The notes beneath the pieces are model-generated. The model did no database searches. It worked only from the letters and a program-made list of their open reading frames with translations, and had not been told where the DNA came from. Shown here in pieces: positions 37,138 to 46,739 of a DNA stretch of 64,000 nucleotides; the first letter of the stretch is position 1; every line of letters starts with the position of its first letter. Source of the stretch: Nannocystis bainbridge (lineage in GTDB: Bacteria > Myxococcota_A > Polyangia > Nannocystales > Nannocystaceae); assembly GCF_028368995.1 (NCBI RefSeq), contig NZ_JAQNDL010000001.1:992001-1056000 (forward strand). The letters run 5' to 3'. A program made the translations under genes and the position numbers.

Positions 37138-38655
37138 TCACTCGCGCCCGAGCGGAGGCAGCTCGCCGCACACCAGCTCTTCCGCGTACAGGTAGCCGAA
37201 GAAGCGCGCGCGGCCCGTCTCCGTGTCCGCCACCAGCACGGACATCGGCCGTGGGTCGTGACCTGCACGGCATTGCGCGCGGGACAGCACGAACTCGCGC
37301 AGCGCCCTCGCCTCGGTCGCGATCGTCTGGTTGACCGCGGCCGGCCCCGGGTCGAAGCGGGCCAGCTGGTGCATCGGCCCCGCGCCTGGCACGAACAGAT
37401 CGGCCTCCTCCACGCGCCAGCCTGCTTGTGGCTGGGCCAGCTCCGGGCTGGCCAGCAGGTCGCCGACGCTGGCCAGGCGGCTGCGGGCCTCGAGCAGGTC
37501 GGCGCCGGTGAAGCGCCAGCGGCGGGGCGTGCAGATATCCTCGAGCACGGCATGCACCTCGGCCACTGCGCCGAGGCGGTCGGCCAGGGTCGACCAGTCG
37601 CGGTCGAGCGCCGCCGTCGCGGCCTCCGCCGCATCGCGGCCGAGCTGGCGCAGCTCGCCTGGATAATCGCGGCCGACCAGCATCGGGCAGCGCTCGGACA
37701 GCGCCAGCCCCGGCTCGGGCGCCGCCACCCGGGCCCCGCCGGCCGACAGCACCACCCGCGGCGCCACCGGGCAGCGGTCGGCCGACGCGCAGGTCGCGTA
37801 TGGCTGCACGTACTCCCAGTAGGCCCGGCCGCACTCGTACCTGGCCCTCGCGTCAGGTTCGCTCGGCGCCTCGGCCCCGGCGAAGGCCCGCAGCTCCGCG
37901 TGGATCTCCGGCACGAACGCCGCCAGCTCCGCGCTGTAGTAGCGCCACAGCAGCGCGTCCGCGTGGTTGAGGAAGCCCTCGAGCTGCGCCAGCCCCTGCT
38001 CCTGGCCCTCCGCCAGGGCCCGGATCGCCGGCTCGCAGCCGCCGACGCGCGCGGCCGGCAGCGCCTTCCAGGCCGTCAGGTCGATCGGCGCCGCGTCGAC
38101 GCTGACGATCGATATGGCGCTCGGGTCATGTCTTTGCAGCCATGTCCTTTGGAGCAGGATCCCATCGGCCCGGTAGCGCGGGCGGCCGGCCCCCGGCTCG
38201 CGCGCGGCGGTCAGCGCCGCCGGCTGGGCCACGATCGCCGCCTGCTCGGCCTGGCGCACGCTGGAGATCCGCAGCGCCGGGCTCAACGCCTGCAGCGCCG
38301 GGCCCACGCGCGCGTCCCAGCCGGCCAGGCCCGGGCCGAGCAGCACCTCGACCGTCGGCGAGGCCGTCAGCGCGGTCGCCAGCGCCTCCGCGTCGCCGGC
38401 CGTCAGCGTCGGCGGCGACCAGGCCACCGCCAGGCTCGGCAGGCCGAGCCCGGTGCGCGGCGGCGGTGGCCCGCCTGGAAGCTGACTCTGGCTGCCGAGC
38501 GCTGGCACGGCCGCCCCGGTGCCTGGCCGCGGCCCGCACGTCAGCGTCGCCACGCCGGCCAGGATCACCCCTGCCGCGCGCGTGCCCGACCTGCGGGGCG
38601 CGCCGCGGCGTCGCGCGTCCGCGCGAGCGAGGCGATGGGAGGAGCCGCCAGCCAC
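37138..38655 (-). CDS. Hypothetical exported protein
   Basis: 505 aa ORF with plausible composition and Cys pairs; start uncertain; contains three motif units at 38115-38156. Confidence 0.7.
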   Translation of the reverse strand: MAGGSSHRLARADARRRGAPRRSGTRAAGVILAGVATLTCGPRPGTGAAVPALGSQSQLPGGPPPPRTGLGLPSLAVAWSPPTLTAGDAEALATALTASPTVEVLLGPGLAGWDARVGPALQALSPALRISSVRQAEQAAIVAQPAALTAAREPGAGRPRYRADGILLQRTWLQRHDPSAISIVSVDAAPIDLTAWKALPAARVGGCEPAIRALAEGQEQGLAQLEGFLNHADALLWRYYSAELAAFVPEIHAELRAFAGAEAPSEPDARARYECGRAYWEYVQPYATCASADRCPVAPRVVLSAGGARVAAPEPGLALSERCPMLVGRDYPGELRQLGRDAAEAATAALDRDWSTLADRLGAVAEVHAVLEDICTPRRWRFTGADLLEARSRLASVGDLLASPELAQPQAGWRVEEADLFVPGAGPMHQLARFDPGPAAVNQTIATEARALREFVLSRAQCRAGHDPRPMSVLVADTETGRARFFGYLYAEELVCGELPPLGRE

Positions 38656-38845
38656 GACCCTCTTACTCTACGGTCGGTCCACGCATGCAGCGGTGATCTG
38701 GCGCACTCGCGCCCGGACCGCCAGAAATCGGCGCGAACGAGGCGCAGCCGGCGAATTGCGCCTGCCGCGCAAAACCGTTCCCGACGCGCGCGCGGCTCCA
38801 GGCGCGGGCGGATGGGCCGGTACCCTGGCGTGATATGCTGCCGCC

Positions 38846-40651
38846 GTGCCCGCCTCGCGCCCCTGGACTGTCCTGAGCGTCCTCGCCGTGTCAGCCGGTC
38901 TTTTGGGCCTGGCGCGCGAGGCCGCCGCCGACGAGCCGATCCTCGTCGAGTTCCACTACACCCCGGTGCCCGACGTCCAGATGGCGATCTGGCTCGAGGA
39001 TCAGGACGGCAACTTTGTGCAAGACGTCCTCGTCACGCAGGCCACCGGCAAGTACGGCATCGGCAACCGGCCCGGCATCTGGAACTTCGTGTCGAGCTGG
39101 CGCGCGCCCTACGGCCCGCGGCAGAACGTGCTGCCGGTGTGGTCGCACCGGCGCGGCAAGAAGTACCCGCGGATCGTCTTCCACGACGACAACCCGGCCG
39201 ACCTCGAGTCGCTCGGCTGGCACGAGAACAGCAGCTCCGCCGAGAACTACTACTGCCGGCCGCTGACCGCCTCCGAGCACGAGACCATCTCCGTCGACAC
39301 CAAGACCTGCCCCTCGCCCAAGGTCTTTCAGTCCGACAAGGGCCGCTTCGATCCCAAGGGCAACCAGGTGTTCTACCCGCCGCGCAACGACCTCGTCGAC
39401 TTCGAGGCCGGCGGCGACCACGAGGACATCAAGCAATACGCCGACATCAATGACCTCGACGCCGTCACCGCCGCCACCCCGGTCGGCGACATGGCCGAGT
39501 TCACCACCCTGCTGCTGTCGCCCGAGGCGGTCGCCAAGGGCCCGCTGACCGCCTACGTCGAGGTCAACCTCGAGCGCGACGAGAACGCCGACTTCGACTA
39601 CGACCGCGAGGACGACCACTTCGTCGACACCCGCCTCGAGAACTACGGCATCGAGTTCCTCGGCCAGCCCTCGGTCGTCTACAAGGTCGCGTTCGACCCG
39701 CGCGAGCGCGAATTCGTCGGCACCACCCAGTACCTCGGCTACGGCGACTGGAACGGCGCCACCGGCTCGCTGCACCCCGCCGACGGCAAGCTCAGCGAGT
39801 CGAACGGCAGCGGCGCCGACCGCCTGCGGATCATGAGCAAGAACGGCGACACGTTCCGCTGGGGCGTGTTCTCGTACGGCAAGGACAGCGGCGGCACCAC
39901 CACCAGCGACGGCTCGGACACCGGCGACGGCACCGGCGACGGCACCGGCGACGGCACTGGCGCCACCGGCGAGCAGACCACCGACAGCGACAGCGGCGAC
40001 GACAGCGACGGCTGGGGCCAGTGCGGCCAGATCGCCCCGCTGGCCCCGATCGACGACCTCGCGCTCGCCGGCATGTCGTTCGACCGCGTCCAGCTCAGCT
40101 TCCGCATGCCCGCGCAGCCGGACCCCGACTTCTCGCTGACCAAGATCCACGTCTATCACATCACCGGCGACAACCCGCTGACCGACGAGCTGCTCGGCGC
40201 GGCCTTCCTCAAGACCTTCAGCGCCGCCGAGCTCGCGGCCACCGAGGGCCTGGTGACGCTCGAGATCGGCGAGCTGTGGGGCGACTACACCTACCAGTTC
40301 GCGGTCGTGTACGAGGACAAGTGCACCAACCGCAGCCCGATCGTCGGCGCCGAGATCACGACCCAGGCGCAGGAGTTCCAGACCGTCGACAGCTTCTGCT
40401 TCGTCGCCACCGCCGCCTGGGGCGCCCCGTGGGCCGCCCAGGTCGCCGCGCTGCGCTCGTTCCGCGACGCCTACCTCAAGACCACCCCCACCGGCATCGA
40501 CCTGGTCCGCTTCTACTACGCCTACAGCCCGCCGCTGGCCCGCGTCATCCAGCACGAGCCGCTGCTCCGCGGCCTCGCCCGCGTCGTCCTCCAGCCGGTC
40601 GCCGACGCCGCCGGCCTGGCCACCCGCGCCCAGCCGACCCATGGCGGTTAG
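38846..40651 (+). CDS. Secreted protein with DUF2271-like N-terminus, FN3-like domain and CFI-box-CTERM tail
   Basis: Signal peptide; QMAIWLEDQDGNFV; C-terminal CFVATAAWG...V..LRSFRD..L....G...VRFYY..SPPLA. Confidence 0.85.
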   Translation: MPASRPWTVLSVLAVSAGLLGLAREAAADEPILVEFHYTPVPDVQMAIWLEDQDGNFVQDVLVTQATGKYGIGNRPGIWNFVSSWRAPYGPRQNVLPVWSHRRGKKYPRIVFHDDNPADLESLGWHENSSSAENYYCRPLTASEHETISVDTKTCPSPKVFQSDKGRFDPKGNQVFYPPRNDLVDFEAGGDHEDIKQYADINDLDAVTAATPVGDMAEFTTLLLSPEAVAKGPLTAYVEVNLERDENADFDYDREDDHFVDTRLENYGIEFLGQPSVVYKVAFDPREREFVGTTQYLGYGDWNGATGSLHPADGKLSESNGSGADRLRIMSKNGDTFRWGVFSYGKDSGGTTTSDGSDTGDGTGDGTGDGTGATGEQTTDSDSGDDSDGWGQCGQIAPLAPIDDLALAGMSFDRVQLSFRMPAQPDPDFSLTKIHVYHITGDNPLTDELLGAAFLKTFSAAELAATEGLVTLEIGELWGDYTYQFAVVYEDKCTNRSPIVGAEITTQAQEFQTVDSFCFVATAAWGAPWAAQVAALRSFRDAYLKTTPTGIDLVRFYYAYSPPLARVIQHEPLLRGLARVVLQPVADAAGLATRAQPTHGG

Positions 40652-41369
40652 CCCCCTCGCCGCGGCCCTCGCCGCGCTCGCGCTGGCCGCCGCGCCGGCT
40701 GCCCCTGCGAACATGTCCCCTGCGCCAGGTCCCTGGGAACCTGTCGCTGTGGACATGTCCCCTGAGACACCCTTCGGCCCGCTGCCCGCGACCTCGGGCC
40801 AGCCGCGCCCGGCCCCGAGCCCGCCCGGCCCCGCGGCTCAGCCCGCGAACGGCCCCGCGAACGGCTCCGCGCCCCCGCCTGGTCCGGGCCCCGCCGCCGG
40901 GCCTGGCGCGCGCACGCCGACGGCGACCTCGCCCGGCCTGGCGACCCCCGGCATGCCCGGCCCCGCCTCTGCGCCTGTCCCTTCGGACAGGCCCACCGAA
41001 GCTGTCCACCCGGCCAGCCCGCCGGTGCCCGCCGAGGCCGTCGCCGGGCCGCCGCTGGTCGAGGGCCCCGCCCCGGCCCCCGGCGGCCGCCTGTGCCACG
41101 GCTCGGGCGCCTGTCGTCGCCTGCTGATCCTCGGCGGCGTGGCGGGCGGCCTCGGCCTCGGCGCCATCGCCACCGGCGTCGCCCTGCTGGCCCGACCGCT
41201 CGCGCTCGATCCCGAGGACCCGACCGCGCTCGTCACCTACCGCCCCGCCGGCGCCGCCCTCCTGGCCGTCGGCGCCGGCCTGGCCGCCACCTGGCTCCTC
41301 ACCCTGCTCGCCGCCCGCAAGGCCGGCCGCCTGGCCCAGCGCCTGCGCGCCGCAGTGGCTGTCCCGTGA
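40641..41369 (+). CDS. Pro-rich hypothetical membrane protein
   Basis: Signal-like N-terminus, Pro/Ala linker, two C-terminal TM segments; overlaps the upstream stop. Confidence 0.6.
   Translation: MAVSPLAAALAALALAAAPAAPANMSPAPGPWEPVAVDMSPETPFGPLPATSGQPRPAPSPPGPAAQPANGPANGSAPPPGPGPAAGPGARTPTATSPGLATPGMPGPASAPVPSDRPTEAVHPASPPVPAEAVAGPPLVEGPAPAPGGRLCHGSGACRRLLILGGVAGGLGLGAIATGVALLARPLALDPEDPTALVTYRPAGAALLAVGAGLAATWLLTLLAARKAGRLAQRLRAAVAVP
40700..40769. repeat. Phased 14-bp palindrome array, 5 units, inside a CDS
   Basis: TGCCCCTGCGAACA TGTCCCCTGCGCCA GGTCCCTGGGAACC TGTCGCTGTGGACA TGTCCCCTGAGACA. Confidence 0.85.
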
Positions 41370-41528
41370 GCCATCTCCTCGCATTCTCTCGGCGCGCCGT
41401 CGCACCTGACCCATGAGCCATGTCTCACCATTCCCGCGGCCCGATGCGTCTGCCCCTCGCCGGCGCGCGCCCTGTCCCATGAGACATCTACCCGCAATCC
41501 CGGCCCCGCGCCGCGCCGGACCTGTCCC

Positions 41529-41789
41529 ATGAGGCCGCTTCTGTTCGTGCTCGCCTTCCTCGCCGGGGCCTGCCGGATCCCCAACCCCGACCACTGCGTC
41601 CACCGGGACGTCCACAGCGACGCCTGGTGCGCCGACAACAGCCCGGCGCGGCCCTACTGTTCGCCCTGCGTCGCCGAGGGGCACGGCTGCGTCGCCGACC
41701 CGCCCGACTCTGACGACTGCCCCGCCTACGCGCCCGACGGCACCACCGGCACCACCGGCACCGCCGGCGACGACAGCACCACCGGCTGA
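41529..41789 (+). CDS. Small Cys-rich lipoprotein
   Basis: FLAGAC lipobox, six further Cys, TTG tail. Confidence 0.7.
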   Translation: MRPLLFVLAFLAGACRIPNPDHCVHRDVHSDAWCADNSPARPYCSPCVAEGHGCVADPPDSDDCPAYAPDGTTGTTGTAGDDSTTG

Positions 41790-41949
41790 CGGTCGCTCAC
41801 GGGTCCTCGCCACGACCCCGCGGCGGCGACCCGCGAGCCTCGCATTCTGTCTCAGAATGCGCTGGCTCGGATCGACTCACGCGAATCACTGGCTGCGCAG
41901 CGACGGCCGCCGCGCTTTCGAAAAGAGGTGAGCCGTCGCGCCCTTGCCG

Positions 41950-42507
41950 TCACCCGCCCGCGTTCATGCAGAAGCACGCCTCGTGGCCCGGGCTCGCCAT
42001 CTCGATCTCGTAGCAGCTCTGCCACGCGTCGCTCTTGGGCGTCCCGCAGTCCCAGCGGGCGAACACGACCTCACCCGGCTCCGGCTCGCGCCAGAACCCG
42101 AAGCAACCGGCGCCGCCCTCCGCGAAGTTGGCCAGCACGCACGCCCCGCCGGCCGGTTCGAAGCTGCAGCCCTCGCCGCCCATGCCTGCCACGAAGCGCT
42201 GCACCGTCGCCCAGCGGCAGCGCAGCCCGAGCTCCTCGTCCATCTCGGTCGCCGCCATGCACTCCGCCTCCGACCCCGCGTCGGCGCACAGCGTCGGCGC
42301 ATCGCCCGTGCTCGTCGAATTGTCCGTCGTCGCCGCGTCGGTCGTCGGCGCCGCGGTCGTCGGCGTCTCGGTCGTCCCGATGCCCGTCGAGGGGTCCGCC
42401 GTCGTGCTCGAATCGGTGGTGTCGGTCGATTTCGAATCGCTCGGACCGCAGGCCGTGAGCGTGGCGACCAGAGTGAAGGCGAGGCGACGAAGGTAGAAAT
42501 CAAGCAT
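41950..42507 (-). CDS. Cys-rich lipoprotein with Thr linker
   Basis: TLTAC lipobox; TAGGGT 6 nt before ATG. Confidence 0.75.
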   Translation of the reverse strand: MLDFYLRRLAFTLVATLTACGPSDSKSTDTTDSSTTADPSTGIGTTETPTTAAPTTDAATTDNSTSTGDAPTLCADAGSEAECMAATEMDEELGLRCRWATVQRFVAGMGGEGCSFEPAGGACVLANFAEGGAGCFGFWREPEPGEVVFARWDCGTPKSDAWQSCYEIEMASPGHEACFCMNAGG

Positions 42508-42565
42508 GCCGCGACCCTATGCAAACGCGGGCTCGCGCGCCAGCGCTCCCGGGCCGAGCGATACA

Positions 42566-42661
42566 TGACTCCAAGGACATGTCTCGAGAGACATCCATTC
42601 CCTCGCCGCCGCGAGCGCCCGCTGTCGGGTCCCCCGCCGCCACGACATGTCCTTGAAGACA
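42566..42661. repeat. 14-bp palindrome units in a divergent intergenic region
   Basis: TGACTCCAAGGACA TGTCTCGAGAGACA (42566-42593) and TGTCCTTGAAGACA (42648-42661). Confidence 0.8.
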
Positions 42662-43091
42662 GACCGCATCCTGCTCGCGTGAGCCGCCGCGGGCGACCTC
42701 GACCTCGGGCCGCGCGTGGGATCGGTCCACCAATTGCCCGTCGCGGTGGTCCTCACGCGGACGCTCGCGCGGACGCCCGCGGCAGGGCTCGCCCGCGCGC
42801 CGGCAACCGCTGCGCCGCTCGCTGCCACGAACCGCGAGTCGCCCGCGCCGGAGCAGCCGAACACCGCCCAGGACCGGCCTCGTCGTGCCACGGGGCACAC
42901 GGCGCCCGCCCCGCCCGACCTGTCCTTTGAGACTGGTCTCGATGCCTGCCACTGAAGGCCCGAGCACGCCCTCAGTGGACGCCCCGGGGGCTGCTCCGCC
43001 GATCTCCGCGCGCGGACCCCCACATTTCGCGCGCGTGGGGCCGCCCGGCCGCGTTTGCAGCGGCAGCGACCGGTGCGAGAATCCCACGGGC

Positions 43092-44279
43092 GTGGAGGCG
43101 CTGCTCATCGTCGTCGCCGAGCTCATGGCAGTGCCGCTGCTGGTCGCGGCGGCCCTGTTGTTCGAGCTGGTCGGCGCGGCGCTCCTCGGCGCGGGCTCTC
43201 TGGTGCTGTGGCGCAGTCGCCAGCGGCCGACCCGCCTGCTGCGCTGGTGGCGACGCGCGGTGTGGACGTTGACCGGCGTCCTCGGCCTCGTGCTCACCAC
43301 CCTCGTGTTCGTCGACCTGGTCCTCTACGAGCCCGGCCTGCGCCTGCTGCTCGACCAGGTCGAGCGGACCAGCGGCGTCGACGTGTGCTTCGAGCGCGCG
43401 CGCGGCAATATCTTCACCGGCCACGTCCACCTCGAGGGCGTGACGATCCGCCACCGCAATGGCGCCGACCTCGCCCTCTCGATCGATCGCCTCGACATCG
43501 ACATCGCCATGCTGCGATTGCTCGAGCGCGAGGTCCCGATCACGTCGCTGCAATTGCACGGGGTGCGCGGTGCGATCGTCCGCAACCGGGCGCTCGGCGT
43601 CGGTCAGCCGGGCGGTCGCGGCTTCGTCATCGAGCAGTTGGTCGTCGACGCCCTCGCGGTCGAGTTCGAGGATCTGGCCGCCGCCCCGACCACGCGGGTG
43701 TTGCCGCTGGCGCTCGAGCACTTCGAGGTCGCGCCGCTGCGCAGCGAGTACGCGCTGGTCGATGTCCTGTGTCACGCGCGGGCCCGCGGCCGCGCCCGCG
43801 GCAACGCCTTTGTCGCCGAGCCGGGCAGCTGGACCGTGCGCGCCGTCCCGCTCGCGCCGCAGGGCTCGGCCGGGCTCGGCGCCGTCGGTCGATGGCTGCG
43901 CGACGGCAACCTCGACATCGGCGTCACCTGCGTCGACCCCGAGAGCGACCCATTGCGGCTGCGCGTCGACCTCGACCTGACCGGCTTCCGCGTCTCGCCG
44001 CCGGCCGGCGACCGCCGCTCGGCCATCCAGCGGATCGCCGCCGCGTTTTCGCACCTCGGCAGCCGGCTGCAGCTCCAGTTCGAACTCGAGCTCGAGCGCG
44101 GCCGCCTGCGCGGCGTAGCCTCGGCGGCGCAGGTCGGCCTGTGGGACCTCGGAGTCCATCAGTACAACCTCCAGCTCGGCCGCAAGCTCGGCCTCGACGC
44201 CGACGACATGCAGCTGCTCGGCCTCGGCTCCAGAGCCCTCGACGCCGCCCACCAGCGGCTGCACGCGCGCCAACGTTGA
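43092..44279 (+). CDS. Membrane-anchored AsmA-like beta-rich protein
   Basis: Two N-terminal TM segments then GNIFTGHVHLEGVTI...IDRLDIDI beta-taco-like strands; start uncertain. Confidence 0.65.
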   Translation: MEALLIVVAELMAVPLLVAAALLFELVGAALLGAGSLVLWRSRQRPTRLLRWWRRAVWTLTGVLGLVLTTLVFVDLVLYEPGLRLLLDQVERTSGVDVCFERARGNIFTGHVHLEGVTIRHRNGADLALSIDRLDIDIAMLRLLEREVPITSLQLHGVRGAIVRNRALGVGQPGGRGFVIEQLVVDALAVEFEDLAAAPTTRVLPLALEHFEVAPLRSEYALVDVLCHARARGRARGNAFVAEPGSWTVRAVPLAPQGSAGLGAVGRWLRDGNLDIGVTCVDPESDPLRLRVDLDLTGFRVSPPAGDRRSAIQRIAAAFSHLGSRLQLQFELELERGRLRGVASAAQVGLWDLGVHQYNLQLGRKLGLDADDMQLLGLGSRALDAAHQRLHARQR

Positions 44280-44311
44280 CCTGTCCGAAAGGTCGGGCGT
44301 ACGCTCGGCCC

Positions 44312-45112
44312 ATGCTTGGCCTACGCTTCAGCCGACTGGTTCACGCCGCGATCGCCAGCGGCGCGCTCTATCTCGGCGCCTGCTCCGACACGCCCGGTGA
44401 CACCGAGACCGACACCGACACCGAGACCGACACCGGCGGGCACGACACCGACACCACTTCCGGGCCCGATCCGACCACCGATGCGCCGCCGCCTCCGCCG
44501 CCCCCGCCGGGCGACATCACCCCGCCGGCGCTCACGGCCGTCACGATCATCGACCCGGTCACCCTGCAGCTGAGCTTCACCGAGGCGATCGCGCCGGTCG
44601 ACACCGTCAACCCCAAGCGCTTCCGCCTCAGCCTCGCGCGCGGCTACTTCGGCACCTACGGCGGCCAGCCCGGCACCTACCTGCGCGAGCCGCACTACTA
44701 CAATCTCGTCGAGACTTGCCAGCCGCTGCCGCCTGGCTGCTACTACGAGCCGATCCCGTCCTACTGTTATTATTACAGCAACTGTTATTATCAGCCGTCC
44801 CCGGAGCTCGAGGTCGCCGACCTCTTCAATCATTACGCCGACCCGACGCAGGTGATCCTGTCGCTGACCTTCCCGATCCAGCGCTCGCTGTGCGACGTCA
44901 TCAACGCGCCGGATGATCCCCTCGTCGACTTCGTGCTGCACCTCCACTACGCCGCCGGCGGCCTGGCCCAGGTCACCGACCTCGCCGGCCTGCCGCTCGC
45001 GCCGCTGTCCGACGCGTGGATCAAGCAAGACGCCGTCTACTACAGCTACGTGAACGCGGCCCCGTTCAGCAACTTCAACCCGTTCCTGCCGATCCCCTGC
45101 GGCCTGTTCTGA
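44312..45112 (+). CDS. Lipoprotein with Ig-like domain and Cys/Tyr-rich insert (paralog A)
   Basis: YLGAC lipobox; PPALTAV...TLQLSFTE.I; CQPLPPGCYYEPIPSYCYYYSNCYYQ. Confidence 0.82.
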   Translation: MLGLRFSRLVHAAIASGALYLGACSDTPGDTETDTDTETDTGGHDTDTTSGPDPTTDAPPPPPPPPGDITPPALTAVTIIDPVTLQLSFTEAIAPVDTVNPKRFRLSLARGYFGTYGGQPGTYLREPHYYNLVETCQPLPPGCYYEPIPSYCYYYSNCYYQPSPELEVADLFNHYADPTQVILSLTFPIQRSLCDVINAPDDPLVDFVLHLHYAAGGLAQVTDLAGLPLAPLSDAWIKQDAVYYSYVNAAPFSNFNPFLPIPCGLF

Positions 45113-45531
45113 TGCACCCCGCGCTGCACCCCGGCTCGCCGCCGCCGACCGACGACGAAGACGTCGAGATCGTCCTGCGGGCCGTGCCCGAGCTGGCCTT
45201 TTTGCCCGAGCTGGCCGACTGCGTGCCGGCGGCGACGATCGTCGGCGCGTGGCCCCCGAGCCGCGAGGCCTTCGCCGCCGCCGACCTCGATCACCTGCGG
45301 GCCCGGGTGCTTCGCGGCCTCGAGGCCCTGGGTGAGAGGGCGGAGCGCGAGCGCAGCGGCGGCCTCGGATTCCTGGTCCGCACCCTCACCTATTTTTTGG
45401 TGGGTTCCGCCGCCTTGCCTGCGGTCGAACACCCCCTATTGGTCGCGCTATTGCTGCGGGCCGCCGCCCGCGACCACGACGGCGCCGACACGGCGCTTGA
45501 GATCGCCCGGGCCATGGATCGATGGGGATGA
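45112..45531 (+). CDS. Hypothetical protein between the two paralogs
   Basis: TGATG coupling to paralog A; 139 aa. Confidence 0.6.
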   Translation: MHPALHPGSPPPTDDEDVEIVLRAVPELAFLPELADCVPAATIVGAWPPSREAFAAADLDHLRARVLRGLEALGERAERERSGGLGFLVRTLTYFLVGSAALPAVEHPLLVALLLRAAARDHDGADTALEIARAMDRWG

Positions 45532-45610
45532 CCCAAAGGACAGGTCTGATCCGCGGCCGTCCACAGCCGCCGACCTCGGCGTATCGGGACGGCGCGCGTA
45601 CCCTCGGCCC

Positions 45611-46471
45611 ATGCTTGGACTACGCTTCAGCCGGCTCGTGCACGCCGCCATCGCCAGCGGCGCGCTGATCCTCGCCGCCTGCCCGCAAGGCGGCAAGGGC
45701 GACACCGACACCGATACTGACACCGGGACCGCGAGCGACGGCTCGACCACCGACGATCCGACCGGCCCGCCGATCGATCCCACGCCGCTGCCGCCGGACC
45801 CGACCAACCCGCTGCCGCCGCCCGATCCGCCGCCCGCCGACGTACCGCCCGCGCTGCTCGCCGTCAAGCTGCTCGACCCCTCGACCCTGCAGCTCAGCTT
45901 CACCGAGCCGCTCGCGCCGGTCGGCACCGTCAACCCCAAGCGCTTCCGCCTCAGCGTGGCCCAGGGATATTTCGGCAGCTACGGCGGCCAGCCGAACACT
46001 ACCCTCGTCGACCCGCGCTACTACAACCTCGAGGCCTACTGCCCGCCAGAGCCGCCGCCCTGCTACTACGAACCCCCTTATTATTGCTACTACACGCCCG
46101 GTTGTTATTATCAGAGCACCGGCGCGGTCGAGGCCATCGGCGTGGCCCCGCTGGACGGCGACCCGAGCTCGCTCCTCATCGCGCTCGGCACCCCGATCCA
46201 GCCGTCGCTGTGCTCGACCCTCGACGTGTTCAAGGACGACCCCAACTTCAAGATGGTGCTGCACCTCCACTACGCCGCCGGCGGCCTGTCGCAGCTGCAG
46301 GACCTCGGCGGCCAGGCCGTGCCTTCTCTCGGCGACGCGTGGGTCAAGTACGACGGCGGCTTCTACAGCTACGCGGGCGTGGTGTTCTCGACCCTCGACC
46401 CGTTCTTGCCGATCCCCTGCGAGCTGTCCGACGTCCCCCAGCCTCCCGACATCCCCGAGTCGAACGACTGA
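45611..46471 (+). CDS. Lipoprotein with Ig-like domain and Cys/Tyr-rich insert (paralog B)
   Basis: Same first 18 aa as paralog A (MLGLRFSRLVHAAIASGA); TVNPKRFRLS, LHLHYAAGGL and PFLPIPC are shared. Confidence 0.82.
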   Translation: MLGLRFSRLVHAAIASGALILAACPQGGKGDTDTDTDTGTASDGSTTDDPTGPPIDPTPLPPDPTNPLPPPDPPPADVPPALLAVKLLDPSTLQLSFTEPLAPVGTVNPKRFRLSVAQGYFGSYGGQPNTTLVDPRYYNLEAYCPPEPPPCYYEPPYYCYYTPGCYYQSTGAVEAIGVAPLDGDPSSLLIALGTPIQPSLCSTLDVFKDDPNFKMVLHLHYAAGGLSQLQDLGGQAVPSLGDAWVKYDGGFYSYAGVVFSTLDPFLPIPCELSDVPQPPDIPESND

Positions 46472-46624
46472 CAGCGAGCGTCATGGGACTCGATGCGAGG
46501 CGAGGACCGCGTCGCCGGCAGGGCGAGCTGCCCGACGTCCCCCAGCCTCCCGACATCCCCGAGTCGAACGACTGACAACGAACTTCGTGGGACTCGATGC
46601 GAGACGAGGACCGTCGCCGGCAGG
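46419..46624 (+). repeat. Tandem duplication of about 104 bp including the paralog B 3' end
   Basis: 46419-46522 versus 46523-46624, gcgagctg(t/c)ccgacgtccccc...gtcgccggcagg, few mismatches. Confidence 0.92.
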
Positions 46625-46739
46625 CGGATCGGGCCGTCGCCCCTCGCTCCGAGGCGCGCCGCACCGCGCCCGTGACCGCGCGCTGCGGGGCCGCGGGCCA
46701 CGATTGACGGGCCCGCACGCGCGTGGTCGACTGGCGGCG

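Noticed and set aside
39921-39960. Short tandem repeats (accggcgacggc x3; also 5746-5830 and 47761-47783)
   Set aside because: They encode ordinary low-complexity linkers (TGDG, PDTT) or the poly-Arg of a sorting tail
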